In this document: piece by piece, positions 1 to 12,888 of the stretch
Layout of the letters: the number at the start of each line of letters is the position of its first letter
Numbering within the stretch: position 1 is the stretch's first letter
Origin: Epiperipatus broadwayi
Taxonomy: Eukaryota > Animalia > Onychophora
Assembly (NCBI GenBank): GCA_028023455.1
Contig: JAQFVV010000006.1
Coordinates: 8,618,001-8,682,000 of the forward strand
Direction: 5' to 3'
DNA length: 64,000 nt
Position numbers and translations under genes: made by a program
The notes under the pieces: model-generated
Told to the model about the DNA's origin: nothing
The model's input: only the letters and a program-made list of their open reading frames with translations
Database searches by the model: none

Positions 1-2364
1 GACTTTCCCAGTATCATTATGTAATCTAATTGTTGCTGTTGCATTTTTATAAATATTCTTTAAAATATGACAATATCCTGGATCTATACCTTGATGATCC
101 AATGCTTTAATCACTGAAGAAATGTTTATAGAATCAAATGCCTTTTCATAATCTACAAATCCAAAACATAATGACAACTCATATTCATTTGTCCTTTCTA
201 TAACTTCTCTCAATACTTGAATATGATCTACTGTACTAAAACCACTTTTAAATCCAGCTTGTTCTCTTGGTTGGTGAAAATCCAAGGTTCTCTGTAGACG
301 AGTTGTAATTATCTTGGTAAAAATTTTATATAAAACTGATAAAAGGCTGATAGGTCTGTAATTTCTAATATCTTCTTTATCACTTTTTTTAAATATTAAT
401 ATTATTACTGCATTCTTCCAATCATCCGGTACAGCTTTATCATTTAGACATTTGGTATGTAACTTTGCTAATATTTTTTCTGTTTCTTCACCTGCTTCTT
501 TTAATATATCAATTATAATTCCATCATTACCTGGAGCCTTTCCTTTTTTCATACATTTAATTGCATTTCTCACTTCTTCATTTAAAATTCTGGGCAATTC
601 GGAAGATGTAATAGATATAGGAGGTACTTGTTCTTTATTACTATATAATTCTTGATAAAAATCTTCTACCAATTTCATAATGTCATCCCTCTTTTTAGTA
701 ATAATTCCATCTTTTTCCTTATTCAGATATAAATTTCCTACCAATACCAAAATATTGTTTTAATTCTTAAGACTTTATTTTCTTCTACACTTTTCTTGCT
801 AGTTCACATTATACTTTCTTATATCATTTTCAACTCTTTTCGCACCATTTTACAAAATTCGAGATATTCAATTCTTTTTAATGCATCATTCTTGCATATC
901 TTCATATTCCTTCTTTTCTTCATAAGTTCTCTAGTCTCAGTAGAAATTTTATTAGTCAATTGCTGCTTTTTTCTACCAGCTATCTTTGTTGCAGTTTTTA
1001 AAAGTGTATCAGTATTTTCATATTAATTTCATTCAAATCTGAATCATGTTCAAAATCTACTAACACTTGAAACCGATTTGTAAGTTCTAATTTAAATTCA
1101 TTAGAATGTTTCTGAAGATTAGGAATATCAACTGTAAATATTGTTTTTCTTAATAATTTTTGTCTCTCTAGTTTTACATTAACATGTATCTTACACCTTA
1201 CTAATCGATGATCACTTCCTGTGTTAAATTTATTAAGAACATTACAATCTTGAAATATGTATTTCCTGTTAGTCAAAATATAATCCAATTCTGCTGTACC
1301 TTCATTTGGATGCTTCCATGTCCATTTCCTTCTAACATTTTTCTCAAAAAAAGAATTCATAATATAAAGTTTTTCCTTCTCTGCAAACTCCACAAGTCTA
1401 TGTCCTCTCTCATTTCTATTACCATAACCAAAATTACCTACAACACTTTCATCTTTCATTTGTTTACCAATTCTAGCATTAAAATCTCCCATAACAATTT
1501 TAAAATGTTGTTTACTCTGATCAAAAGCCTTTTGTACATCCATATAAAAATCTTCTACTACTTCATCACTGTGAGAACTTATTGGGGCATAAACCTGAAT
1601 TATCTGCATTTGATATCTGCTATTAAGTTGTATAACTAATCTTGCCACTCTGTCCAATACACCATCAATCTCCACAATGTTGTTCTTCCATTTTTTATTT
1701 ATAATGAATCCTACTCCACTTGTATTTCAATATTTGTGCCTTTATAATAGAGCATATGTCCACTTTTTAAATCAATTGTCTCTTCACCTTTTCTTCTAAC
1801 TTCACAAAGTCCAATAATGTCCCATTTAATATAAGAAAGTTCTTCTTCTAATTCTTGCAATCTTCCTTCACTTGAAAGTGATCTGCAGTTGTAAGTACCT
1901 AAATAAAAAGTCGTCATCAAATGGCAGCCTGGGTCCGCCTCCAGGATATTCTTAGCACCCTCCGCCTTGGCCACCAACTGCCTTGGTTGGTGACTTTACA
2001 GCCTCCTGGGATTAAGGGCCATGCTTTATTTTTGTCTGTCATAATTGTATAATTGGGAAAAATCTTTATCATTTACACAAACATTCATTCTGCCTTATCA
2101 GGCACTGAGAAGAAAGACCATGGTGTTTCTTGATCTTAAACTCAGAGGTAAAAAGCCAATAAACTCACCATGCTGGCTAATGCGTGTTGGTGAGCAGCCC
2201 ATCCATGTTCGTATACTATGTGAATAAACATATACTAATAACAGCTGCAACGACAAGAACGTATGGAGTGGACATTAGGAATTTGCCCTGCTCGGTTCAT
2301 TTAAGGCCTCCAAGAGGAATCAAAGGGTCTCCTTTCAGTTAATAGCAAACTCCTTTCTGCAGCC
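1..2364 (-). mobile_element. RTE-clade non-LTR retrotransposon, copy 1 (5' end intact, APE endonuclease + RT, frameshifted; runs off the left edge)
   Basis: Minus-strand translation gives APE motifs GTYNCRSL, WDIIGLCEVRR, IVMGDFNARIG, ELDYIL and SDHRLV (ORFs 1711-1977 and 998-1675, split by a frameshift near 1720). RT motifs QPREQAGFKSGFSTVDHIQ and FVDYEKAFDS lie at ~130-290. The 5' boundary is defined by homology to copy 2 (2364 vs 40172). Confidence 0.93.
2199..2364 (-). ncRNA. HDV-like (CPEB3-type) self-cleaving ribozyme at the RTE 5' end
   Basis: Manual fold: P1 GGCUGCA(2364-2358)/UGCAGCU(2249-2243) with G1-U wobble; P2 UCCAU/AUGGA; P3 ACG/CGU; L3 UUCUUGU; single G for P1.1; P4 hairpin 2237-2214; J4/2 CGAA (candidate catalytic C at 2211); ~85-nt J1/2. 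Confidence 0.75.
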
Positions 2365-3809
2365 AATTTCTTTGTATTCCTCACAAAATTATCTTTTAAA
2401 CTATATATAATACTTCTTACCTGAGATAATGCATAGCTTCTTAATCTCCAAAAGTATTGGCATAATAATTCTTTTTTATCTTGTCCCGCAAAGAAGTTGA
2501 CAAATTTCAAAGGCGTCTATAAGAAAAAGATTCATCCTAATAAAAGATACAAAACAAATCATTTCCAGAAGGTGGATACACATTTGTCATCATAGCAACT
2601 AACTGGCTTCTTGTCTATTTAAAATTAGGAATTGTATGTTACTGTCTGTAACATTGATAAAATGAATTTCAGCTCTTCATTTTATATTTTTTGTGTACAT
2701 CAGTGATGTTTATATTCTTTATGCATACCAGTGATGCTAACTTGTTATATTTATTGTCCCACAGAGATATAATTTATTTGCATATAGCTCATTTGCTAGC
2801 TATAGACTTGAAAATAATGTGATGCATGCAAGATGTGGCAAAACTACTGACTCCACAGCATGAGTATCAAGGTATAGGCAAGGATCAGAATTTGGTTTTT
2901 TGCCTGCATACAATTCCATGTGGTGTATACATAACTCTTGTGGTTATCTCCACACACACCCATTTGAAATCTCTCTTTATTGGTTATAAGTGTTTATATT
3001 TTCAATGGTACTATGCCCAGTAAATTTTGTGATTGCTTTGTCAACTACAATATTTGATAATCAGTCCTAAAATTTATATTGTACTGCTCTATATCTTAAT
3101 TTTATATATATAGACATTATTTGTTATATAAATACAAACCTGAAATTGCAAACACAAATAATATAAATATAAACATAATAATAAATTATTAAACCTTTTG
3201 AGAATCATTATGTCTAGAAAATAAGATTGTTTAAACTTAGATCTGAGCCCCAAAATTACATAAACTACTTTTGTTGTATTTGAGTACAAATGTATATACA
3301 TATAATAAAGAACATAAATGATTTAATATTATATAATTTGTATACTACACAGACATCAATACAAACGCAACATACCATTTATCAAATAATTTACTATGCA
3401 AATAAATAAAAAATTTTAATAATTACGACTCGCTATTCTGATTACATTTCGAAAGCCTTGAAATGCGAATTATCGGCACTTTTTAATCCATTTTAATAGG
3501 CTGTTTGATCATTTAAAAATTTCTGCCTTTATCTTCTCCGTGAAAACTAGTAAACCGAGCAGAAAATAAAAAAAATTTAATGAATCTATTGACAAAAAAA
3601 TTAATAAAAAAATTTCAAATTTTATCGGATTCTGACATGAGATGCACCATTAAATAGAGATTTTAAAGCAGCAATGAGTGCTGGGATTTCTGTTGCTTGT
3701 ACTTTTCATGCAATTTTAAAAAGAACACAAAATTTCAACAAAGTACCACTGCCGTGCTGCGTTGCTGCTGCAAACAGAAAACGATTAAACCACATGATCC
3801 TAAAATCTA

Positions 3810-3985
3810 GGTGCAGTGCTCTCAGATCCAAGGTCCTTACTTATGTAAGCACAAGCCAGAAACTAGTCTTGGGATATTGGGTGGATAGGATAGGCACTAG
3901 ATAGGGATTTTATGCACAAACCTTCTTGTATCCATTGATTACTTTGGCTTGCACTGAGGGGTGCTACTGTGTGGAGAGTTTCGCC
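3810..3985 (+). mobile_element. Hammerhead-bearing repeat family A, copy A1 (core decayed)
   Basis: Shares GGTGCAGTGCTCTCAGATCCAAGG...ACAAGCCAGAAACTAGTC...GGATATTGG...GAGAGTTTCGCC with five other core-bearing copies; core here reads CTTATGT instead of CTGATGA. Confidence 0.7.
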
Positions 3986-4409
3986 TCTCTATGAATTTCT
4001 GAATGATTATAGATATATTTGAATATTTACTTTGGTAATAGAATATATTAAAATCTATATACATCTAAATGAAAATAATAAAAAAATTCTTAGAAATAAA
4101 CAAACAAAAAATTACGTTGACAGTTTGATTTATTCACGAATCTCTAATATTTAAACATTCATCGTATACAGTAATTATTATTCTGTAGTAAGTTTAAATT
4201 CAAGAAACAACTTTGTAAAGCACATTTAGTTACAAATTACAAGAGGAATAAAAAATGTGTTTTATGTTGATGATAAAAAGGGAGATTGGGATCAAAGAGA
4301 TGCATATGGCTCGTGAGCCGCAGTTTGTTGATCCCTGTTCTATGTTTATTAAGAAATAATATGGTTGAATTATAATTTGAATGGGCATTTTTTAACTGGA
4401 TCTGTAGAC

Positions 4410-4917
4410 CAGTGGTCTTCAACCTTTTCACACCTGCGGACCGGTAAAAATAAGAATAAGGTTCCGCAGACCAGCAAAAATAAGGATAAGATTTCGCAAA
4501 CCGGCAGAAGTCTATAGATAAATTTTCTTAAAGATAAGCATAATTGTTATAACTGATCAAAACAACAATGTTAAATAAATATATAAGATAAAGTTTTATA
4601 TATATATGGAGTTTATATAATAAAAAACTTTTTTTTAAATTTTTTTAGAAAAGTAATAAAAAATTTAATTCCACCCCCCCCCCCCAAACATCTGTGATAA
4701 CTAGAAAAACAAATTAATTTATGAATGTTTGATTGGATTTTGTTTTCGTTCTGTTTTCTTTTTTTTTTAATTGGGTAAAAATGAGATGAAAAAATAAATA
4801 AAAATTGGCTATATTAATTAAAAGTTTAAACTCTTATTATTTACTATTACAGACTTTTTACTGCCATCTAGAACGCGGACCGGCACCCGGCCGTGGACCA
4901 AGGGTTGAAGAACACTG
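4410..4917. mobile_element. hAT-superfamily (Charlie-like) MITE
   Basis: TIRs CAGTGGTCTTCAACC / GGTTGAAGAACACTG; 8-bp TSD CTGTAGAC (4402-4409) vs CTATAGAC (4918-4925); subterminal GCGGACCGG-like motifs; no coding capacity. Confidence 0.85.
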
Positions 4918-5384
4918 CTATAGACAATTTGAATCTATATACACATATATATTACTATAAGGGCAACTACCTACAAAAACTATGTAATAAGTTTTCTTTT
5001 TTTAAAAAAAAAATAAAATTTCGAAACAACTTACCGGATCTTTTATGAATTTTTTATATCTTATTATGGATAACACATTTTTAGTAATGAAAAATATTGA
5101 GAATTTTTAATAGTTATTGTAATCATAATCTTCAATTTTTAATGAGCACTCACATGGTTTTACCATTATGAGAAATTTGTGGTTAAAAAAAAACTTTTAA
5201 AATAAGTGTAAAAATATATGTAATATACTGGTCCTTGGATAGTTTAATATATCAATTACATGTTTAATTTAAACTGTTTTCCTGTTAATTTAAACAATGG
5301 ACAAAAAAGATATTTTTTTGAAAAAAACTATTGGCATTTTTTTTCTAAATTGTATCTCCAACAGTTTTGCAAAATATAGAGTAA

Positions 5385-5494
5385 CTTTATTTATTTTATT
5401 TCCCATGTGTCATAGCATCAGCCGTGTAGCGAACCCGCTAACCCTGGACAACTGCTTGTAATGCAGCTGTCACTGACCTCTCGATCACCAATGC
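5385..5494 (-). mobile_element. tRNA-Gly(TCC)-derived SINE/retroposon
   Basis: Minus strand GCATTGGTGA...GCTGC ATTACAA GCAGTTG...CGGGTTCGCTACACGGCTGATGC, then TATGACACATGGG and an A-rich tail. It resembles eukaryotic tRNA-Gly(TCC) and the copy at 58635-58716. AACTTTATTT occurs on both flanks. Confidence 0.7.
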
Positions 5495-5650
5495 TTGACA
5501 ACTTTATTTTTTAATAAACAATTTACACTTAGTATATTGAAAGGATATAAGAAGTGTCAGCATATTTATGTTGTGTTTTTTAATGAATAGAAAATAAATC
5601 TATATATATTACTAAATTTACTACTTCCTTTATTTTGTTGTAATATCTTA

Positions 5651-5827
5651 TATAAATGCAATATGTCCACTCTATTTTGATCACTTTTTAACAAAAGCCT
5701 TTTGTTTGTCGCACACATATGCATACGTAATTTTATGTTTCGACTGTCCTGCAGTCTTCTTCAGAGCCACTTTCAAAAGGTTTTTGCTAAAACGTGTCCA
5801 AAGTAGAATGGATATATTGCATTTATA
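5651..5827 (-). mobile_element. Inverted-repeat relic with a family B hammerhead core in its spacer
   Basis: Arms 5651-5704 and 5774-5827 are imperfect inverted copies. Minus strand 5764-5737 reads CTGAAGA A GACTG CAGGA CAGTC GAAAC. Confidence 0.65.
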
Positions 5828-6402
5828 AATCTATATATAGTGCTTTTTTTCAACCGTGTATATAATAGTATGGTATTCCTGTGATAGTTGCCCTTCTCAA
5901 ACTTTTGGATGACAAAAAAAAACTAATAAAATTTGTGGATTAAAATATTTCTCAAGAACAGCTTGTGTGTTTTATACAAATAACTTTTGTTCTACAATAA
6001 TTCATGAAAAAAAGGTTCTAAATTAAAATGAACTGCTTATTGAAAGTTGTTTTGTTTAGTATTAAATATAGAATTATCCAACTAGCAACAGTTTGAACCA
6101 TATCAGTTGATGTGTATAGATGGTAACTTCTCGTTGTTCCCTCAAGCTTGTGTAAGGTAGCATAATGGTAGATTGGTGGTCTCAAGAGTTGGTTTTCCAA
6201 TCTAATAAACATACAACCACTTAGATTGTTATTGAGAATATTAATTTCATTTCCAATTATTCTTGTGATTTTTGTTTAGGCTGTGGTGTTGAAAACTTGC
6301 ACTCGTGATGAATGCAATTGGAGCACTGGTTATGTTTGTATGTAAACCATTAAGCATCACATGATCACCATCTCTTATACTAGCACATAATTGTTTATAA
6401 AC

Positions 6403-6590
6403 AAGGCTTGTGCATAAAATCTCTATCTAATGCCTACTCAATTGATGACAACCACAAGCCAGAAACTAGTCTGGGGATATTGGATGAGTAGGCATTAGAT
6501 AGGGATTTTAGGCACAAGCCTTCTGGCATCCGTTGATTACTCTGGTTGGCACAGGATCGCACTACTGTATGGAGAGTTTTGCCTTGTTTA
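6403..6590 (+). mobile_element. Family A copy A2 with 5' inverted duplication
   Basis: TTGATGA CAAC CACAA GCCA GAAAC TAGTC TGGGGA at 6442-6477, flanked by 38-bp inverted arms 6403-6440 / 6485-6522 (36/38 identical). Confidence 0.75.
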
Positions 6591-8243
6591 TGTTTGTATG
6601 TGTGGTTTAATGCAATAGCAGAAAGATCACTCAAATAACTATGCTTCTCGATCAAGGCTCCAGCAGTCATTTTTGATGCTCCAAATATTGCATGGCTTCC
6701 TGAATGGTTAATTAATCATTTAATTATTTTTTTAATAAAAAGAATATATGTAATTGGTTTTAAATATTTGTAAAAATGTTGAAAAAATTATGTTAAAATA
6801 ATAGATTCCTATAATAAAAAAACTTGATATTAAAAATTATTAAGCATGCTTTGAAATAACATTTCCTTTTGATTAAAAAGAAATATCTAGTTTTATCACA
6901 TCAGTTTGCCAATTTTTATCATCTTTGTAAGTGTAAAAAAGTTTTCAATTAATGTATGTTTCAACAGTTTAATAACTTGAAAAGTCATAAAATGTGGTTA
7001 TTCATGTAATGCTATAAAATACAGGTTCTTGGTTATAATAAAAATATACCTAGTTTATTAATTTATAAATTAACTCGATGAACTATATTAATGTTTAACA
7101 ATTATACTTTTATTTAAAAAAAAATTCATTTTTTTTTATTCACCACAATTATATCGGGTGAAAAATAAAATAGTAAATTGAACACTATATATAAATGAAA
7201 TTTTAAATTCGTAAATTAAATAATCTCAAGACAATGAGTTTCTAACTTTGCAATTATTTATGGTATATAAAATACACATTCACATTATAAAGAGAAAATA
7301 AATTAACCAATCAGAAAAAGAATATAGAAAGCAGAAATGTTAGAATTTATATAAAAAAAAAAAACAGTTCTATAATTTGTGCTTATTAAATGATATGTCA
7401 ATAAAGCAGGGGTGGGGGTGGGGAGATGAATTATTTAAACCTACCCGTATATCTCTAATATTACTCCTAGTTCATAATTGAAGCAGTGGTAGAATAGCAA
7501 GTTGTAACTTAAGATCCATGAATTATGACACCAGCTGTCATTTCCAGCGATCAAACTTCCTATGAATGTCCAAGCAATAAAGCTTTTTTATTATTATTAT
7601 TAATGCGTGCACTAACACCAAAAATGTAAAAAAATATAATGGTTGTTTGGAGGATTGTGATATTCATCACCAAAACGATGAGCTTCATTCCGCAACGTCA
7701 TTGCACCAAACTGTATAGATTTATTTTTTGCATTTAGTTCCAGTTTGGATGGTATTTTCCCTTCACAATATCTATCAATTTTTACTAGTAAGATATTTGT
7801 TGTATTCTATTAATATAGTTTTTCCACTCCCACCCTCCATTTTATTATTATTCATGGAATAAGAATGTTAATTCAATTTTCTTCTACAATTATTGATAAA
7901 TTCTAAATTCATGTCTGTGATTATTATACCTAAGATTATTTCTGTATTTCACATTTACTTTTTTTAAAAATAACTTTCATCATTTTTTGATATATATTTT
8001 TTGTACTTTCTGTATATCTTAAAGAATGAATGTTGGCACATTCTCCTGTCAATATTTAGTCTATTTTATACAACTTGGATAAAGCAATTAAAGTGTCAGT
8101 TATTTGTGGGATTAGTGTTATCATTTGTAACAGGAACTTGCACTATATGAGGAAACGAATAGTATCGGATTCAACCAGCTTCAGAATATTGATCTTTCAT
8201 TCCTGTAAAAAGGTCTCCAGAGGCTCATCATTAAGGAGTGAGA

Positions 8244-8293
8244 AATAAGATCTGACGAAGACTGCTGGGAACAGTCGAAACTGTTATCAAATT
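8244..8293 (+). ncRNA. Family B minimal type I hammerhead motif
   Basis: GAT CTGACGA A GACTG CTGGGAA CAGTC GAAAC T GTT ATC: intact core, 5-bp stem II, 3-bp proximal stem I (GAT/ATC). Confidence 0.6.
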
Positions 8294-11200
8294 AATAAAT
8301 ATATTTTGCTAAAAGTGTAAAAGAGTGGAGGTTTGATGTTATATATTGTTAATAAGATCACAGTAGATTAGTAACGCTCTCTTTTTTCGAACTTGACAGC
8401 TCACTACTGTTTGAGTTGGAAAATTAAATTGGGCCATGATGATATTGTTAAAAATAGTTTTATAACAGAGATTTGTGCAGACTGACGATTGAAGCATAAG
8501 TTTATTATGATAGCGGCTGTTTAAGTTATAACCATTCTTCTATTTATATTTTATGATAGGGAGGTAATTTGATGCTGGCCCTTTTTTTTTTTTTTCCATG
8601 ATCATCTGAAATAATATTTTCCCAATAAAATATATAAGATGATTTGTCTGATTATGTGATATAGAAAAGTAGACTTAGATGTTGGTGTACAGCACAACTC
8701 CTGTTGATATTGCTTTTAAGTTAAAAAGTAGGTATTTGATACTATAGAGACCACTCACTTATGTTAAATTACATCTTCATTTGATAGGATATGTGAAACA
8801 AATGAACAATAAAAGACTTCCTAAAAAAAAATATTTTATAATGAACATGGTTTTTTTACAAAAGTGACAAGTATTGTTTACATTATAAAAATTATCTGAA
8901 AGACATTTTAAAAAGTTCAGTTAGATTGTTTTCATTGAAAGATTATAATTGATGTTATAACATATTGGAGAGATAGAATTAGGCCTGCTGTTGAAATCTT
9001 TTAGAAAAAAAAGTTTGCTTCGGAAGTTAAATACAGAAGCGCAAAATATCAAATAAACAGAATAATGAAACAGCAAGTTCTGTATGTGTGTATACTTGTC
9101 CTTCACAGATAAGTTTGTGTAATTATAGTAAAATTTATCTCTAATGATGGGGGTTTTCCCCATCTTTTCCTCTTTTGAAATTTGTCATACTTTAAGGACT
9201 GACAAAAAATCTGTATTTTCTTGTGTTATAGTTTGGGTTGTTTGAAATTCTTAATGTTTTTGCAGATGGTTTTTGTGATAATTTTACTTATAAAACATAG
9301 CAAAAAGAAAAAAAATTCTCGGCAATCCATAATACACAGTTCTTTTTTTTTTATGTTTAATAAATATGAGGAATTATGGTAGATGGTTAATATCATTTTT
9401 TTTACGTATATTAACTTGAATCCTATTTTTATAAACTCAAATTTCCAATTAGGATTTGCATTCTAATGGAAATTTTCTGGTATATTTTATATAAAACACT
9501 TCAAAACTTGAAAATAAAACAAGAATACACAAATTTTGACTAAAAAAAAAACCACAAAAACTTACAAATAAAGTTTGAAAGAGAAGTTGTAAATAAATAT
9601 AATAATAAGCTGAACGTTTTCGAGGATCCATGCCTCATAAACTATTTTAAAAATTTTGATTGTAAACTCTCCATACAGAATGTTTATAAGTTTTGTTTTT
9701 TTTCTATCTGAAAATATTTGTATTGATATTTTATGATTACTAAAAATGTAAACAATTCATGTCAAACTAAATTATTTGCAGTAAATTTAAGAAGGCACTT
9801 TTAAAAATAGTGTTACCTTTAAAAGAAATTCCGAAAAATTAATCTGCTTGTTCCATTAAAGAAATTAAACGCTTACTTTGAAAATTAGACGGGTTTAACC
9901 TTAATAGACTGTTGGAACCTGGATAAATAGAAACAACACTGGTTGCATAAGAGTCTCTAGTATGTTTACCTCGGATCATCGGGTCCTCCGAATACACAAA
10001 TGTTTTAAAAAGTTTATTTTAGATGGTTTAATTTTGAAGATTGCAGTTTGATGATACTGATTTTTTCTATGGCCCGCTTCTCTTTTTCTGATAACCTTCT
10101 TGAATAACTCATTGCTTACTAATTATTAATTAATATTATGCACTTGAGACAACCTAAAGATACAATAAAGGCATTATAAATGTTTCATTTAAGAATACTC
10201 AATAAAATTTTTAAAATGTGATGGCAAGATTATAAAGCCAATCAATATATTCTTCAACTTTCTAGAATCATTTATTTAGTTTTCATTTGATTGGACATGT
10301 AAAACATCAATAATGCAAGACTTTCTAAAAAGTGTTTTATGGGGAACTTAATCATGGTTTTTATCCAGAGAGATCACATCTATGTTATAAGAATTATCTT
10401 AAAGGCATTCTAAAGAAATGCACGATCACTTGTTTCCATTGGTAAGATATAGCAGATGAATATATTGGAAACTTGCATCTGGAAATGGGTTGATGTATTT
10501 TTTAAAAAAAAAGTTTTCTGCTGAAGAAATTAAAAGACAATATTGTAAAATATCATGTAAACAAAAATGGACTAGTATGCTCTGTTTGCAGATATCTTTT
10601 TGGTTCAGAGATTAGTTTATATAGTTATTGCAAAACTCATATCTAGAGGTTTTTTCTTTTGTTTTTAAGTTAGATTGGCCAAACTCATTTATGATTGACT
10701 GAATATTGTTATTAATGGTAGAAAAGTCGTTTGAACGTGAAAAAAAAATTAACTAGACCTTTAGAAATTCCTAATTTAAATAAGCAGAGTTTAATTTGTT
10801 TTTTTTTTTTTGGGGGGGAACTTTTTTTTAATAATGGCCTTTTTATAAATATAAAAAATTATTCCCCAGTCAAAGTTTAAATCATACTAGCCAATGAATT
10901 CACTTATAACAAACTTTGGTATTTTATGAAAAATACTAACCAATCTGTTCCTGCATGACGATTGTTTCCTGGCTTATAAATACCATTCTTCAGTTAGTTA
11001 CAGAACCATCTGGTTGCATCCCAATGTATATAAAGCTATATCAAACATTAAACCAGTTCGATTTCAAAGCGCAATATAATTATTATGAGATGGTTTTCTT
11101 AAATATTCAAATATGGAATGATTATTCTGGAGTACCTCATTGATTTAATTTGTAAGAATCTGCCGTTATGATTTACAATTTTTTTTTTTCATATTCATTT

Positions 11201-11557
11201 AAAACACCATAGTTATTGTGAGATATTTCGCAAATTGAAACATTTTAATTTCAGAATAATTCAAGATTAACATTTTAGCCATTTATTTAAAAGAATTCAT
11301 TCACTATTATCTAAATTGATATCTTGTTCTTTTATATAAATATCAAATCTACAGTCATTATTTTTTTTCTCCTCCATTTATGTGTTTGATAGATTAAAGA
11401 TAGTTATTATTTATACATAGATTAGAAGGGAAAAGCATTTTGGTGGTTATTGTCCATATTAATTTAAATTATAAACCAATTACTTGATAGTATAATAGAG
11501 AGGTTAAATGAGACATACTGAAAGGAGAGGGTACTTTAGATTCTAAAAGTCCAGATA

Positions 11558-11660
11558 CACTGCTCCAAGATCCAAAGCTCTTCGTTGTTGAAAGCCATAT
11601 GCTTGAAACTACTCAGGGGATATTGGATAGACAGCACGGGGTGGGGATTTAATAAGCACT
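11558..11660 (+). mobile_element. Family A copy A3 (strongly decayed)
   Basis: TCTTCG TTGTTGA AAGC CATAT GCTT GAAAC TACTC AGGGGA at 11579-11620, with family A flanks (CACTGCTCCAAGATCCAAAG, GGATATTGGAT). Confidence 0.55.
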
Positions 11661-12518
11661 ATCATCTGGCATCTGTGATTTGTGACTTAAAATATTTCAT
11701 ATAAAACAATTGTATTCCCTTTGTAATACCTTTTGATATTTTAATCGATTAATCAGTTTTTTTCTATATTGAACTGTATTTTGTTTCTATTTTGACTAAT
11801 TTTATTTACCATCTTTTACTTAATTTTTTTTTTTTTTACAATTATCTTTGTAAATTGGATTTGAAAAAAAAAAAAAAAAATTAAAGATTTGACCTATCAT
11901 TTGATATTGCTGAACAAAATTAGAAACTTATCTGGCCGCTTTTGAATTGAAGTTAAAAAATAAAATAATGGAATGGTTAGTTGTTTGGGAGGTCATGTCG
12001 CATTTGAACACTGAAAACTGCAATTTAATTTTAGATTTAGAAACCTTTGCCGTTTAAATATTATCATTCAGCCACAGCTCAATTGTACAAAGTGGGTTTT
12101 GTGGTATTCTAACACCAAAGTGTTTGACCAAGTACCTATTTTATACAAATAACCAAACTAAGGTTATTTATTGATTATTATTTTCAGTTGGAAATTGATC
12201 CAAGAATCTTTAGTTCTTATTTCTGCCACTATACTAAACTGCTTACTGAAAATTGAAATAACCAAGATTTGTATGATTGAAAAACTTGATAAAGACTTCT
12301 GTCTGAAAATATTAAATAGTATTAAGATAGCTGGATTTTATAGTAGATTTTTTATGAGTAGTTTAGAAATTCTTATCTGATGTCAAAGAAATTGCTTTAA
12401 AGTTCAAATATTGTTATTATCAATATATATGTATTGAAAGATCTAAGAAATAGATATATACTTGTAATGTGCCTGTGAATATAAATGTATTTATTGATTT
12501 CTAATACTTTTTTTATAG

Positions 12519-12602
12519 GTGTTTATTGAGCAGAAATTTTATCCGTTTGGGGAAATGGTTTGTTCAGCCATATGATAATGCTCCTGACAAATCAGAAAAA
12601 TG
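12519..12602 (+). CDS. MED13: Mediator complex subunit 13, internal exon (first seen in window)
   Basis: AG acceptor at 12517-18, GT donor at 12603. Encodes [27 protein letters not shown], matching the MED13 N-terminal motif (human RCLMDKNFVRIGKWFVKPY). Confidence 0.93.
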
Positions 12603-12888
12603 GTACGTTCAAATTTTTTATTTATTCTTTTTTTATTACTATAATGTCACTTGTAAATGAAGTAAATGTATTGTTTGAACTCCATTGTGATGGATAGAAC
12701 AAAGCAGTTTCAGTTAATTAATCGACTGAAAATTTTCAATCAGAAATTAATGTTTTGTTAAAATAATAAAGTTTTTTAGTCTAGTACATAAAAATATATT
12801 CATTGTATTTGTATAGAATAATTAAATAACTTTTTAAAAGGAAGACTTGTTTGGTTTGGTTTTTTGAGCCTTTTTTTTTATTTTTCAG

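Noticed and set aside
9605-9650. Possible fourth hammerhead family on the minus strand (GAGG CATGGAT CCTC GAA AACGTT C)
   Set aside because: Stem II and a palindromic helix III fit, but there is no CUGANGA core or stem I, and only one copy was seen.
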